Assembly: GCF_006345805.1 (NCBI RefSeq)
Contig: NC_043003.1
Coordinates: 39,060,001 to 39,124,000 of the forward strand
DNA: 64,000 nucleotides
Direction of reading: 5' to 3'
From: Octopus sinensis
Taxonomy: Eukaryota
This document shows positions 26,450 to 39,560 of this stretch, piece by piece. The position numbers were made by a program, and so were the translations under genes. Under the pieces are notes generated by a model. It was given only the letters and a program-made list of their open reading frames with translations, was not told the DNA's origin and did no database searches. Positions within the stretch are counted from its first letter, which is position 1. Each line of letters begins with the position of its first letter.

Positions 26450-26782
26450 GTAAGCGTCCTGATTTCTAAACTAAAACATATTCAGATTCATACTTGCAGT
26501 TACATAAAACAAAAAGGAACATCGTCGAAACTGACAAAGAGAATGCAGTTGTTTGATCCACTGAAATACCCGATTATTTGAATTAGCGTTTCAATGACTG
26601 ACAATTTCACAAACACACACACACACACACATACACACACATATAAAACAAAACAGGAAGATGGAAATTTTGGGGTATTATTTATTCACAATTACAAGTG
26701 TTTCATTTGCTTATAGGAATTACAAGATTTTACGCTTGATAGGTAACAGCTGGGATTTACCCTAACTACCTACCTGCCTACG

Positions 26783-26845
<63 letters not shown>

Positions 26846-26890
26846 GAATAAATAAATGAAGTTTAACGCAGGTGTAAATCAAATATATTT

Positions 26891-26976
26891 ACTTTCGACA
26901 CATGTTTCGAAAATTCCACTGATACTATTCAAAAGAATAAATGATATAAACAATGCAATCTTCTCTTCAGGAAAGT
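26891..26976 (-). ncRNA. Putative type I hammerhead ribozyme in a TA-flanked repeat (probable PLE terminal repeat, ~26850-27330)
   Basis: Minus strand: ACUUUC-CUGAAGA-GAAGAUU[41 nt]AAUUUUC-GAA-ACAUGUGU-C-GAAAGU. Complete core, 6 bp stem I, 7 bp stem II, GUC triplet. Confidence 0.78.
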
Positions 26977-27682
26977 GGAAAAAACGAAACTCGTCAATAA
27001 GACATTTTAGCAAAAAATGATGGATTTGTATAGCGATTGACTGAACGCTATTAATATTGTTTAAAAAAACGTTATATGATATAACGTCATAAGTAGCTTA
27101 CAGAAAGAGTAGGGATATTAATAGTGAATGTTAAATATAAAGGAAATTAAAGTTTAAATTATATATAATGATAGAGACTACTTATATGCACTAAAGGTGT
27201 GTTTTTGCCAATGCTTACATCTGTATGCTCGCTCTATAACCGTGTTTACTAGAGTATTTTTAGAAAAAATAATGAAAAATAGCTCAGAATTGCAGAGAAG
27301 ACAGAATTCCTTGCCTTTGTTATATATATACACTCACACACGCATACTTATCAGGGAGGTCTTCGACGGCGGTGGAGTTCCTTGAGTAATCCTAGAGGTC
27401 CTCCTGTATCAGGAGGACCACATAACCCTCATCTTTTTTTTCCTTCTTTTCTTTTACTGCTGTACACTATGGGTACTTCCCTTCTTTGTTTTATTGTATA
27501 CCGTGTATACTCTATATTTTTGTATCGTTTCATCATATGTACCCCTCTCTTTCACATACACATACACACACACCCACACCCGCACACACTTTGTGTCTGT
27601 CTTTGTATTGTCCACCTCATCCTTCGACCCGGTGGCAAATAAAAGAAATCACCACCACCACCACCACCACCACCACACCACC

Positions 27683-27713
<31 letters not shown>

Positions 27714-27779
27714 ACAGCATCATCGTCATCATCATTATCATTGTTGTTATTCTTAAGATTTTTGTTTCTGTCGATACAG

Positions 27780-27866
27780 GCCGCAAACGAAGACCTCCAG
27801 TTTACAGTGTTGACAGATCGGTCCCAGGGTGGAGGAAGTATTCGTAATGGCAGCGTTGAGATAATG
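27780..27866 (+). CDS. MAN2B1: alpha-mannosidase exon 13
   Basis: atacag / GTGAGT; 87 nt; AANEDLQFTVLTDRSQGGGSIRNGSVEIM (LTDRSQGG motif). Confidence 0.95.
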
Positions 27867-28406
27867 GTGAGTCATTTTTCTTGTTGTTATTTGATGTTTT
27901 TGTCGTCACTGTTGCCGGTACAAATACTGCCGCTGTTCTTGAACCTGAAGTCAACTCTAACCATGCAGGCCTATGATCACTAGCACTCCAGTCATGACCA
28001 CCTCGTGTTGTTTTGAGAGGTATCTGAGATAACAATCTCAAGTGCTCTTCCTATTTTTAAAGTGGTCTGGAATGATCTGAGGAAGTTGTGGCTGACATTT
28101 CTTGAAGGTTAAACTACGACGCAGAGCCTCCTTTGTTGGCTAAGTAAATACATTGGTCCAACATGTTGTTGAATCTCACGTTAGAAACAGTGATCGTGGG
28201 TTCCGGTACGTAGTCAATACAAAAGCCCAGAATCAGAGGAAAATGAGGATGATCTGTGTTGCAAACATTTAATTTATTGCGGTTGAGATTGTAGAAGTGT
28301 TTGATGAGTTCAGTTGCCACGTGGTGAAGTGCAGGAGTTAATGTTTCAAGCCCTTGTTCTTTTCGCCTTCTTGCTGAGAGAGAGGGAGGAGATCATATAT
28401 ATATTT

Positions 28407-28666
28407 TGTAAATAATAATAATATTTTATAAGCTTAAAGCTTATAAGCGATCACCGTGTAATGACTAAAGAAAATAGTCTAATATTGGGGCATATAAACC
28501 CTCGACGGAAAAAGTAGGGTTTTCAGTACGCTTGGGGCTTTGTATGTACGGAAAACCCTACATTTTTCCGTCGAGGGCTTATATGCCCCAATATTAGACT
28601 ATTTTCTTTAGTCATTACACGGTGATCGCTTATAAGCTTTAAGCTTATAAAATATCATTATTTACA
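28407..28666. mobile_element. Palindromic fold-back MITE (~260 bp)
   Basis: Arms 28421-28529 and 28546-28655 are reverse complements with about 3 differences around a 16 nt loop; pairing extends imperfectly to 28407/28666. Confidence 0.85.
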
Positions 28667-29109
28667 GAATTGTAAAAATCGACACAGCTTACCAAAGAAC
28701 CATCGCTTAAATATATATATATATATATATCGAGAGAGAGAGGAGTGGGAGGGAGAAAGAATGTTGTTCGTACAATGGTTGTAATTAACAAATCTCGAGT
28801 CTACCGGCCAACAAGGCCGGAGCTTAACCGGACATTTTAGGCGGTGAGTACAAGATTACCCGTACCTCAGATCAGGGTCCAAGTTTGTTACACGGATAGC
28901 TTCCAGATTCCACTGGTTCTCATTATCAGCCAAATGTACTGGAGTAAAATGAAATGAAGTACTTTGCTGAAGGAAAAGTATATGCCACTCTGTCCGACAA
29001 AGAAACTCGTTACTTAACTTCCTTAAGTCTAACACTTTAACCACTAAGCTAAACATATTCACTTGCATGAAAACAGTTGGAATAGAGAAAGAGGTTCGGT
29101 AGAATACTC

Positions 29110-29330
29110 TACGTGGTCACCGGACCTCACATCACAAGGCATTTTTGGAGGGATACTTAAGGGTTACAATGCAAGTCCGGCAACAGTCAACGAATTGGAG
29201 GGCAGCCATTAAACGAGAATGCACATAAAATACAGACCGTTTCTCGATGTTCGAGATTCCATTGCTTCGCGATATCAACAGAGCCTGGACCAGAATGGTC
29301 ATCAAGTTTGAAACAGGTGTTCATAGAAAA
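29110..29330 (+). mobile_element. Tc1/mariner-superfamily transposase C-terminal remnant
   Basis: Decayed SPDLT...G.LK...PAT.NELE, like the WPPRSPDL.P.D..LWG.LK region. Confidence 0.45.
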
Positions 29331-29407
29331 CATAAATTCTGTTTTAAGATTTTATTCAATTTTGAAAATGAAATTCATTTTAATAAACACTTATTCCTTT
29401 ATTTTAG

Positions 29408-29498
29408 CTTCACCGTCGAACAACCAAAGACGATAGACTTGGAGTTGGTGAACCACTAAATGAGACTTCGGATGGTGTACAGGGATTGATCGTTCGAG
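29408..29498 (+). CDS. MAN2B1: alpha-mannosidase exon 14 (not shown in this frame by the ORF track)
   Basis: attttag / GTAAAT; 91 nt, phase 0 to 1; LHRRTTKDDRLGVGEPLNETSDGVQGLIVR (HRR...DD..GV.EPL motif). Confidence 0.95.
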
Positions 29499-29794
29499 GT
29501 AAATTGTGTGTCTGCTGCATGTTGCCTTTACATAGAACACTGCAACATACTCATCGATAATGTATTACATTGTATAGCACGAAGTCACAGGTGTAAGGCC
29601 TTTGATCATCAATTTTCTCAATGAGGGTTTATCTAGGACTCACTTGTAGTGTAATAGGTCACTTATATATTACTTCTTATATGTTAAGCTTCGGCTGTAA
29701 TTAGGGAGACCGGAAGAGAGTTGACAGTCTTTTTGTTTATAAGGAATGTGATATAAACGAATCTTATGAACCAGTCTTATGTGCCAAGACCGTG

Positions 29795-29826
<32 letters not shown>

Positions 29827-29840
29827 GATGATGGTGATGG

Positions 29841-29879
<39 letters not shown>

Positions 29880-30487
29880 GATGATGATGATGGAAGCCGT
29901 TTCTGATAAGGCACAAGGAACTCAGTTCTGAAGAGAAGGGGAAGTTGATGACATGGATTCCAATATTTGATTGAAGCTAGATTTTATCGATCAAAGTTAA
30001 CCTCGGTGGATTTCAACGTAAAGAACCGAAGAAATACTGTTAACCATTTTGTCTGCCAAACGCTAGCACAAAACCAGAGAATTTAGCGAAGCGGTTTATT
30101 CTATTAGATCGACTTCCAGTCCTTCACCTGTAATTTGTTATATTGAACCCTGACGGACGATAGACAAAATCGTCCTCAGTAGGAATTGAACTCGAAACGT
30201 AAGTAGCCCACACGATGCCAAGAATAAAAAAAGGAAGAAACTTAAATGATAAAATCTCGAAAATTCTGGTTAAAATGTTCAAGAGGAGGAACTAAAGGTT
30301 CTATAAGAAACGTTTAATAAAATACTGATGAAGTCGATAGATAACTGGTTCAGAGAGAGGAAAAGTGATCTTAATCGCCAAAGCCTAAAAACTATAGAAC
30401 CACACCGTCCTTCTCTGTAGTATACAATTCCTTATATGCGATAATACTGAAGAGGATATCAACTATCATTTGTATCTTAACAGTCTC

Positions 30488-30568
30488 TTGTATACTGCAG
30501 ATGGCAAACAGCTAGAAACACTGCTGCAGATAATGTATAGATTTACTGAAGAAATTGATATGAGATTC
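30488..30568 (+). mobile_element. R4/Dong RT fragment
   Basis: LYTADGKQLETLLQIMYRFTEEIDMRF aligns with KLYAANDKQLETLLKTVHGFTKEIDMKF of the element at 53627-57570. Confidence 0.65.
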
Positions 30569-31064
30569 CAGTCGTTCATAGTAGACCAAGAGTTGTCCAT
30601 ATATGCAAGTCTTCTCTGTCTATCCCATTGATATTTGTCAAGGGAAAGGCTAGAATTGATAAACCTTAGTATCAGTATCATCAGTTTCATCGCAATTTTA
30701 TGCAAATGTTGACGTCAGAACGCAAAGAGCCAGAATAGATTTTGAAAGGTATCCCATCTGACGTCCTAACAATTCTGTCAATCCACTCTTTATTTAACGA
30801 ATAAAATGAAGAAAGGAAAAATTTTATCTTGAAGTTTGAACTTGGAGTGCAGAGAGCCGGAAGGAATTTCCTCCGACGCTCTACCAACTCAATTTTCAAT
30901 GTATAAAATACATGAGCATGACTATGTAATTAAGAAACACGCTTTGCAACCACGTGGTTGTGAGTTCGGTCTCACTGTGCAGTACCTTGGACAAGTGTTT
31001 TCTACTAGGACCGACCAGTGTCTTATGAGTGAATTTAGTAGATGGAAACTGTGTAGAATTCCGT

Positions 31065-31131
<67 letters not shown>

Positions 31132-31509
31132 TTGTCTCCTCCACCATCTAACACTTGACAACCATGGTGGTTTGTTTACACCCCCGTAATTTAGCGATTC
31201 GACATAAGGAAACGATAGAATAAGTATGAGACTTTAAAAACATAAGTACGAGGAACGATTTCTTCAACTTAACCCTTGAAAGGAGTGCCCTAGTATGGAC
31301 AGCGTCCTATGACTGAAACAAGTAAAATATGCATATAACAGTTATAATCATAGATCATTTTATGTGACAGTCCTATTCGCGAGAATGCATCTTTGCATAT
31401 ATTACTCATTATAATTTCTATTCCTGTGGTTATTAAAATGTAAACTCAAATGTAATATGTCCTTTTAAATGTGGTAGTAACTGCTGTTTACTCTATTTCA
31501 TTGTTACAG

Positions 31510-31646
31510 GAAAGCATTGGGTGTTATTTGATGGAGTAGAAGAGTCGACACATTTCCACAGACAAGAAGCCCTGGACATCTACAAAGAGCCAATCCTATC
31601 ATTTGCCAAAATAAACCGGAACAGACGATCCAAATTGAACCTTGAG
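31510..31646 (+). CDS. MAN2B1: alpha-mannosidase exon 15
   Basis: gttacag / GTGAGT; 137 nt, phase 1 to 0; (G)KHWVLFDGVEESTHFHRQEALDIYKEPILSFAKINRNRRSKLNLE. Confidence 0.88.
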
Positions 31647-32539
31647 GTGAGTCAATCCCTTCTGTATCAGAATATCGGCTTGTTTCTTTACTCTGTTCTT
31701 TTTCTTCTCCCGGATAGACCAATCATATGTTTGCGAGGAGTATATCGACATGTATTAATATGAGTAATAACAGATGACAAATATGATGTAGCCATAAGTA
31801 GATGAAAACTATCAGAAACAGTGGACATTTAAAATAGCCATCTATAAATCATACTTAAAATATAAACGCTATCAATAAGACAGTTACTGTAGTATTTGTC
31901 CTGGACTTACGATGTTAAAAGCACAATGAATATCAGAGGAAACGAAATATCGCCCCACTAAAAGCATCTGGTGCTTTCGCTAGCCGCTGCTGGGACAAAT
32001 TTTCATCTCCCTGATATTTATTGTGTTTTTAACACAGCAACTCCATAAGTTATATTACCTCAGGACGAATACTGCAATAACTGGGTGATTGGCAGTGTGC
32101 ATACACTGAATATGATACATAGATGACTGTCTTAAATACTGATTCAATTGCGTGTACCGGAGTGGAAATTTATAATAATTGACTATGGAAAAAGATGTGA
32201 CATTGTAAGCAAAGTACTTACTAACACGCCACCAAAGTCAGTTCTGATGTCAATAAACAGATGACAACTATAATGTGACATTGGTCATGTGTGTTATGAC
32301 AGTAAACGAAGAGCAACAGTGATGTGACAGTGGTAAGCTGTGATAAAGCAGTAAATAAATGACAACTGCGATTGAATAATATAATCAACAGTAACAAGAT
32401 GTAATATGAAACTTTTGACACCTGAGATATCGTAGTAATATCTAAAGAAGCGGCTGAAATGGGGCTCCGCCGAAGAATCTCGCAGCAAAATATATAACTC
32501 GAAGACCAGGAAATCTCACCAGGACAAGCCGTTACTTCT

Positions 32540-32740
32540 CCACATTGTGAGGTCACAGCCTGGTACCATGTTCATGTGATTAGAATTATTCAGGAAAGAA
32601 CCGGAAGATGGGTTCTTCCAGCCAAGGCAGCCAGCGGGAGACTTAAGGGTAGACCATGAACGAGATGATTGGATAATATCCATAGCCTCAGTTGAGCACC
32701 GTTGGGAATCCAACCACAAAGTCTAATGACAGTTACTTCT
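32540..32740 (+). mobile_element. RTE-clade LINE 3' remnant
   Basis: Decayed ...GRLKGRP*TR*LDNI...LGIQPQSL, like the RTE C-terminal R.RGRP..RW.D.I motif. Confidence 0.5.
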
Positions 32741-33767
32741 TATAGGACCTTATGGACGAGGTACTTGAGTACTCTATCCCCACGACCCTCCTAGAAATAG
32801 TGAGCAGAGAAGATGGATGATATAGTGATTGACCGTTGATGTAAAGAAAACAAACAATCTGAGTAATAATTGCACACAAATTCATGTTTTGTATAGTTTA
32901 ACATCCAATAATTCATAAGGAAGTTCGAGCTGGTAAGGGGACTTCTATATGGCCACTGAACCTGTTAGAAATAATTACCAAATCTCACTCATATCGCAAC
33001 CTACCGTCTCAAAAATAAAAGGAACACATAAAATAATTTTGGTAAAGACATACTATTCTTGAAGATGAAATAAAATAAAAGGAAAATGCTAATGGCTTGA
33101 ATGCCTTTGATCATAGATCGTGGATGTGCTCAATCAGAGCTGGCTTTGATTAAACAACAACAGCAACAACAATAGCAGTAGCAACAGCAGTAACTGTAAC
33201 AACTGCAGCAATTCACCAACTGGCACTATGTAACATATAACACACAACACATGACATATACAACATGTACTAAACACACTCAGCACTAAATAAAATTATC
33301 ACCACTGACGTTAACATTTACTGAACAACACAACAGCAAATAATGAAGGCCAGCATACAAAGAGAAATATATATAAAAAAGACATTGCTGTACACAGTTC
33401 AGTAATGAAAGAGGTGCATCTGGTGGCGTAGCTGAAAGCTCGCATGAAACTGTTGGAAACACACATAATGATCAACAACAAAAGGACGTCAACAACAATA
33501 TGAAGAAATAGAGTAAAAAAATAAAATAAAATAAAATATAATAGAAAGTCCTATGTAAACGAGGGACGTTAATAGTATAGCAACAGCTGAGCTGGACAAT
33601 AGATGGGCAGACTAAGTGTTGCTATGGTAATTGGTTGACCATTAAAAATAAAAAAAGTAAAAAGCATTTTCTAATGGTCATTGGTGGAAATCGATATTGA
33701 ATGGATAGATTGAAAAAAACAATGGCGGAAGCGTTTGGTGGCGGTGTTGGTATAGCATTGAGGTCGT

Positions 33768-33769
<2 letters not shown>

Positions 33770-33806
<37 letters not shown>

Positions 33807-34125
33807 GGAGGAGGAGGAGGGTGATGATGGTGATAGTGAGGAGGAGGAGGGGGAGGAGGGAGAAGTGGAAAAGCTGGAGGAAAAGGAATGTAGTTGCAAC
33901 ATTGTTGTCGTTTTTTGTTGCTGATAATAATGATGATGATGATGATGACGACGACAACTGCGATGTTAACGATGATATCGATGATGATGGTGATGATGAT
34001 GATGATGATGATGATGACGACGACGACGACTGCGATGTTAACGATGATGTCGATGATGATGGTGATGATGATGATGACGACGACGACTGCGACAGCATTG
34101 ATGATGACGATGATGAACAAGATTA
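33770..34125. repeat. Compound (GAT/GAG/GAC)n tract with a ~70 bp higher-order repeat
   Basis: The block GACGACGAC.ACTGCGATGTTAACGATGAT.TCGATGATGATGGT is repeated. Confidence 0.9.
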
Positions 34126-35509
34126 TGTGCGGCTAATAGTTGTGATGTTACTGTTGAGAATAATAACGATTTATTGTTGTTGTTGATGCTGTTGCTGTTA
34201 TGGTATTGTAATCACATTGACATGAATCGTGGTGTCTTGCTGTGAAGTGATATAATATAAATGGTATTATAAGTGATCATGATGATCGTCATGGTTGGAG
34301 TGGTAAGCGTGGTGTAACAGTCGTAGTAACAATAGTAACAACAGCGAAGTGGTGTCGGTGACTGGTTTTGTCAATCGTCCTGATAGATATATCAGAAAGA
34401 TATTAAATCAATTTTGATAAGGATCGGATAGTTTACACACATTTATTCTTTTGTTTTTTTAGTAGTGTTCTTGTTTTCTTGAAGACATTAGAAAGGACCT
34501 GGTTATGGAAAACTGATACTCTGAGTAAAACATGATCATTTACCTTTAACTTCTCTAAGTACTGGAAAACTGCATGTGGAGATGGAAAGGAAAAAGTACT
34601 GTCTAGGAAATAAACGAAACAAATAAAAAAAAAAAAGATTTGCGTGATACCTTGGGCAAGTGTCTTCTACTATATCCCCGGGACGACTAAAATCTTGTGA
34701 GTGAATTTGGTAGACAGAAACCGAAAGAAGCCCATCGTATATATATGTATATATCTATATGTGTGTGTATGTGTGTGTGTGTGTGTCTTCGTGTCTGTGC
34801 TTGGCCCCTACCGCTGCTTGACAATCGGTGATGGTCTGTTTACGTCCCCGTACCTTAGCGGTTCGGCAAAAGTAAGACCGATAAAATAAGTACCAGGCTT
34901 AAGAAGAAAATAAGTACTGGGGTCGATTCATTCGACTAAAAGGCGGTACCCCAGCATGGCCGTAGTCTAATGACTGAAAAAAGTAAAAAAAAAAAGATAA
35001 AAGAAAACAGAACAAAAACAAAACAAAAAAAAAGCAAGCTTACAAATTGTTTAAATAAACCATAAAAAATACATCGCTGCTCATCGCACTTACGTATCAT
35101 TTAGTCAATGGGAATGTATAAATTATTACTAGTCGATACAGAATTGATTGAAAAAGTAGCTAGACGAAGTGGAAAATAAATATGACACGACATTGATCAT
35201 AACAACTACTGAACGGGAAATAATAAATTAACAGTTTGATTTTATGTCAGATCATCCTGTAGGTCAGATATACCGGCAATTATATGCCATCTAATCTTTG
35301 GAGGGTTTTTTTTTTGACATTTAATTTATTTAATACTAAACTTGCTTCCCAACCACATGGTCTTGGGTTCAGTCCCACTGCGTGGAATCTTAGGCAAGTG
35401 TCTTCTACTATAGACTCGAGCCGACCAAAGCCTTGTGAGTGGATTTAGAAACTGAAAGAAACCTGTCGTATATATATAATATATAATATTAATTTATTAT
35501 ATAGAAGGA

Positions 35510-35558
35510 GCTTCTACAGGACTAGAACTGTTTCATTCAAGAGAAATCTTCAGGAAGC
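35510..35558 (-). ncRNA. Putative minimal type I hammerhead ribozyme (left arm)
   Basis: Minus strand: GCUUC-CUGAAGA-UUUCUCUUGAAU-GAAA-CAG-UUCUAGUC-CUG-UA-GAAGC. Stem II has a U.U at its base. Confidence 0.62.
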
Positions 35559-35810
35559 AAGTTAACAAGAATTGTATTGGCATTTATACATTTAGGCAGG
35601 TTTAAAGGGGTGTTGGTGGGGGACTTTTTTGGGGGTAGGCATAGCGCAAAATATCATACTTGGGGGAGTGGTCAAGGAGTCAGTGTTAAATTAGAAAGAA
35701 GAATAAATAAAAAAATTTAAAAAATATATATAAAAAAAAGGGGAATAGAGTTTTAGGTAAATAAGGAGATTCTCACTTATACCTATGCACATATGTTACA
35801 TTATATACAC

Positions 35811-36412
35811 ACATACAAACATATATACATATACATACACACATACATACACACACATATATATACATATTATACACTTACACATTACATATACATATCT
35901 ACACATACACATATATGTATACATACACACACTCACATGCATACACGTATACACACACGACCACACATACATATACACACAGAAAAATATATACACATAC
36001 ACACACATACTCACATACACGCATACACACACATATCCACACACACACATGCACACACAGCACACTAGTCCCTATATACACATATATACACATACACACA
36101 TATATACACACACATACAAACATATATACATATACATACACACATACATACACACACATATATATACATATATATACACTTACACATACATATACATATC
36201 TACACATACACATATATGTATACATACACACACTCACATGCATACACGTATACACACACGACCACACATACATATACACACAGAAAAATATATATACACA
36301 TACACACACATACTCACATACACGCATACACACACATATCCACACACACACATGCACACACAGCACACTAGTCCCTATATACACATATATACACATACAC
36401 ACATATATACAC
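35811..36412. repeat. ~300 bp tandem duplication of a CA/TA-rich segment inside the left arm
   Basis: The marker CACACTAGTCCCT occurs at 36061 and 36363, but only once in the right arm (~39885). Confidence 0.85.
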
Positions 36413-36444
36413 ACACATACATATATACACATACATATATATAT

Positions 36445-36475
<31 letters not shown>

Positions 36476-37649
36476 CATAATATATATATACATATACATA
36501 TGTGTACCTATGCATACCTACACATACACACATATATATACACATACAAATACAGACCCATTCCCTAATTTTAATTTTATTATCTTCGTTTATTACTTTT
36601 GTTATTTGGGGAGTGTTCTGAGATTTTGTTAAGGAGAGGGTCTTTGGCGAACAAGATCTCTAGGCTCTCCGATATGCAGAGGTCACAGCAGGTATGGCCT
36701 CCTGTGTACGAGCGCGCCTTCTGTAGTAGTTTCCACTTGGTCTTGAAGGGGATGGAGTTCCTTTTAAGGTACCAGATGTGGGCGGCGAGGGTAGTTTGCA
36801 GCTTTAAGACCCGTTGGTACGCACACACACACTCGTTCCGGCGACAGGATAAATCCAACCAAACTAACCTCGCCGCCCACATCTGGTACCTTAAAAGGAA
36901 CTCCATCCCCTTCAAGACCAAGTGGAAACTACTACAGAAGGCGCGCTCGTACACAGGAGGCCATACCTGCTGTGACCTCTGCATATCGGAGAGCCTAGAG
37001 ATCTTGTTCGCCAAAGGCCCTCTCCTTAACAAAATCTCAGAACACTCCCCAAATTGCATGCATAAGAAGTATGCGAACTATAGACCTACCCGGCAACCAG
37101 ATTGATGACACCCCACCCACAAAACCCCCCAATCCCACCGTTCCCCTAGCACCCCCGATTACCTTTTCTCCTAAGACCTTTCACATATTGTATGTGCACG
37201 CTTGTATATGTGTATCGTATATATGTATAGAAATGTATGGGTATAGTAGGAATATACGCATGTATTATGTGTGTGTGTGTGTATGTATGTAAAAAAATAT
37301 ATATATATGTATATGTGTATGTGCGTGTGTGTGTGTGTGTGTATATATGTATATATGTATATATGTATATATGTATATATGTATATATGTGTGTATGCAT
37401 ATGTATGTGTATATGTATGTGTGTATGTATGTGTATGTATGTATAAAATATTATATAATTAGGGCTTAGTAAAATAAATTACTTTGCCACATACTGAACT
37501 TTCTAGAAATAGCAGCCAAAAAAGTTTTTTAGCCTCTTCCACTACTTAGAGAATATTTTCCCTCAGACATTGTTTACTCAAAAAAATAATGGTCCTTTTA
37601 CATACTGAATACTTGGTGAAATTGATTAATAACTAATTAACTTTACCCT

Positions 37650-38273
37650 CAATTGTTGATATATGTATGTGTGTGTATATATATGTGTATGTATATATAT
37701 ATGTACATGTATGTATATGTGTATGTATGTATGTATATATATATATGTGTATATATATATATGTATGTGTGTGTGTGTGTGTGTATATATGTGTATATAT
37801 ATATATATATGTATGTGTGTGTATATGTGTATTATGTATATATTATATATATATATGTATATGTATATGTATGTGTGTGTATATGTATATATGTGATGTG
37901 TAATATATATGAGTGTACGCGAGTATGTCGATGTATATGTAGGTATGTAGAGTTATGTGTATGTGCATGTATGTGTGTGTATATGTATATGTTATATATA
38001 TATATATGTATATGCGAGTATGTAGAGATATAAGTATGTGCATGTGTATATATATATGTGTGTAAATATGTATAGGTATGTGTATGTGTATGTATGTATA
38101 TATATATGTGTGTGTGTATGTATGCATATATGTATGTATGTATGTATAGTGTATGTATATATGTGTAAGTGTGTGTATATATGTATATGTAAGTGTGTGT
38201 GCGTGTATGAGTATGTATGTATGTTTGCACACATGTATATGTGTGTGTATATGTATATATATATATATATATG

Positions 38274-38318
<45 letters not shown>

Positions 38319-38571
38319 GTGTGTGTGTGTATATATGTGTGTATGTGTATGTATGTATGTATATATATGCGTGTGTATGTGTATGTGTATATGTACATAT
38401 ACGCGTACGCTCGTGTGTTTATGTATATGTAGGTACGTAGAGTTATCTATGTGTGTATATATTTGTACATGTGTGTAAGTATGTATATATATATATATAT
38501 ATGTGTATGTGTGTGTATATATATATATATATGTGTGTGTGTATGTATATGTATATATATGTGTATATATG

Positions 38572-38614
<43 letters not shown>

Positions 38615-38983
38615 AAGTTTATATGTATGTATCCGTCTATATAATAGGTAACTGCACGTACATATACTTAATATTTATTATTTATTTTTTGAGTATGCAT
38701 GTATGAATAACTGCGCGTATATATATTTTACTATTTACTTATTTTTTGAGTATGCATGTAAGTATGAATATAAGGAGGGCGTGTTGTGGTGTGTATGTGT
38801 AAGCATAGATATATGTATACTTTTACGCATGTGTGTACTTATGTGTATATATGGATGGCGCGTGGTGTGTGTGTGTGTATGGGTACGCATGTACATGTGT
38901 ATGTGCGTGTATGTGTATATGAGTATGTATGTATGTGTGTGCGTATATTTGTATATGTATGTATTTATATGTATGTGTGTGTA

Positions 38984-39028
<45 letters not shown>

Positions 39029-39560
39029 TATATATAATATATATGTGTGTGTATGTATGTATGTATATGTATATGCGTATGTGTATGTATTTGTATGTGT
39101 ATGCATGCGCGTATATATATGTATGTATATGTATAGGTGTGGGTGTGTGTATGTGTATAAATGTATGTATGTATGGATGTATGGATGTATGTATGTATGT
39201 ATACGTATGTATGTGTATGTGTGTATATGTATGTATGTGTATGTGTGTATATATATGTATGTGTGTGTATATGTGTATATATATGTATATATATATATGT
39301 ATATATGTGTATATATATGTGAATGTATATATATGTATATACATGTATGTATTTGTATGTAGGTGTATATGTATGTGTGTGTATTTATATTTATTGGTGT
39401 ATATGTATAGACTAGCCTTCTTAGAGTGTAGACATGAATCTGTAGGTACGCGTACGTATGTGTATATACGTGAATGTATGTAGATGTATGTATGTATGAA
39501 TATAACGCGTGCGTGCGTGTATGTGTATGAGTGTACGAATGAGTGAGTGTACGTGCTAAA
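37650..39560. repeat. ~1.9 kb degenerate TA/TG low-complexity tract inside the PLE tail
   Basis: Direct reading. Confidence 0.9.

Noticed and set aside
27397-27419. Perfect 10 bp hairpin GGTCCTCCTG-TAT-CAGGAGGACC, and the 17 bp hairpin at 51449-51486, as terminators
   Set aside because: Eukaryotic context; more likely ends of repeat elements, and function cannot be supported.
33622-34186. Asp/Ser/Met-rich ORFs suggesting a nested acidic protein gene
   Set aside because: Explained by (GAT/GAC/GAG)n repeats; no supported exon structure.
36580-37105. Two opposite-strand ORFs with near-identical peptides, suggesting a bidirectional gene
   Set aside because: A direct consequence of the palindrome; both are truncated PLE GIY-YIG sequence.
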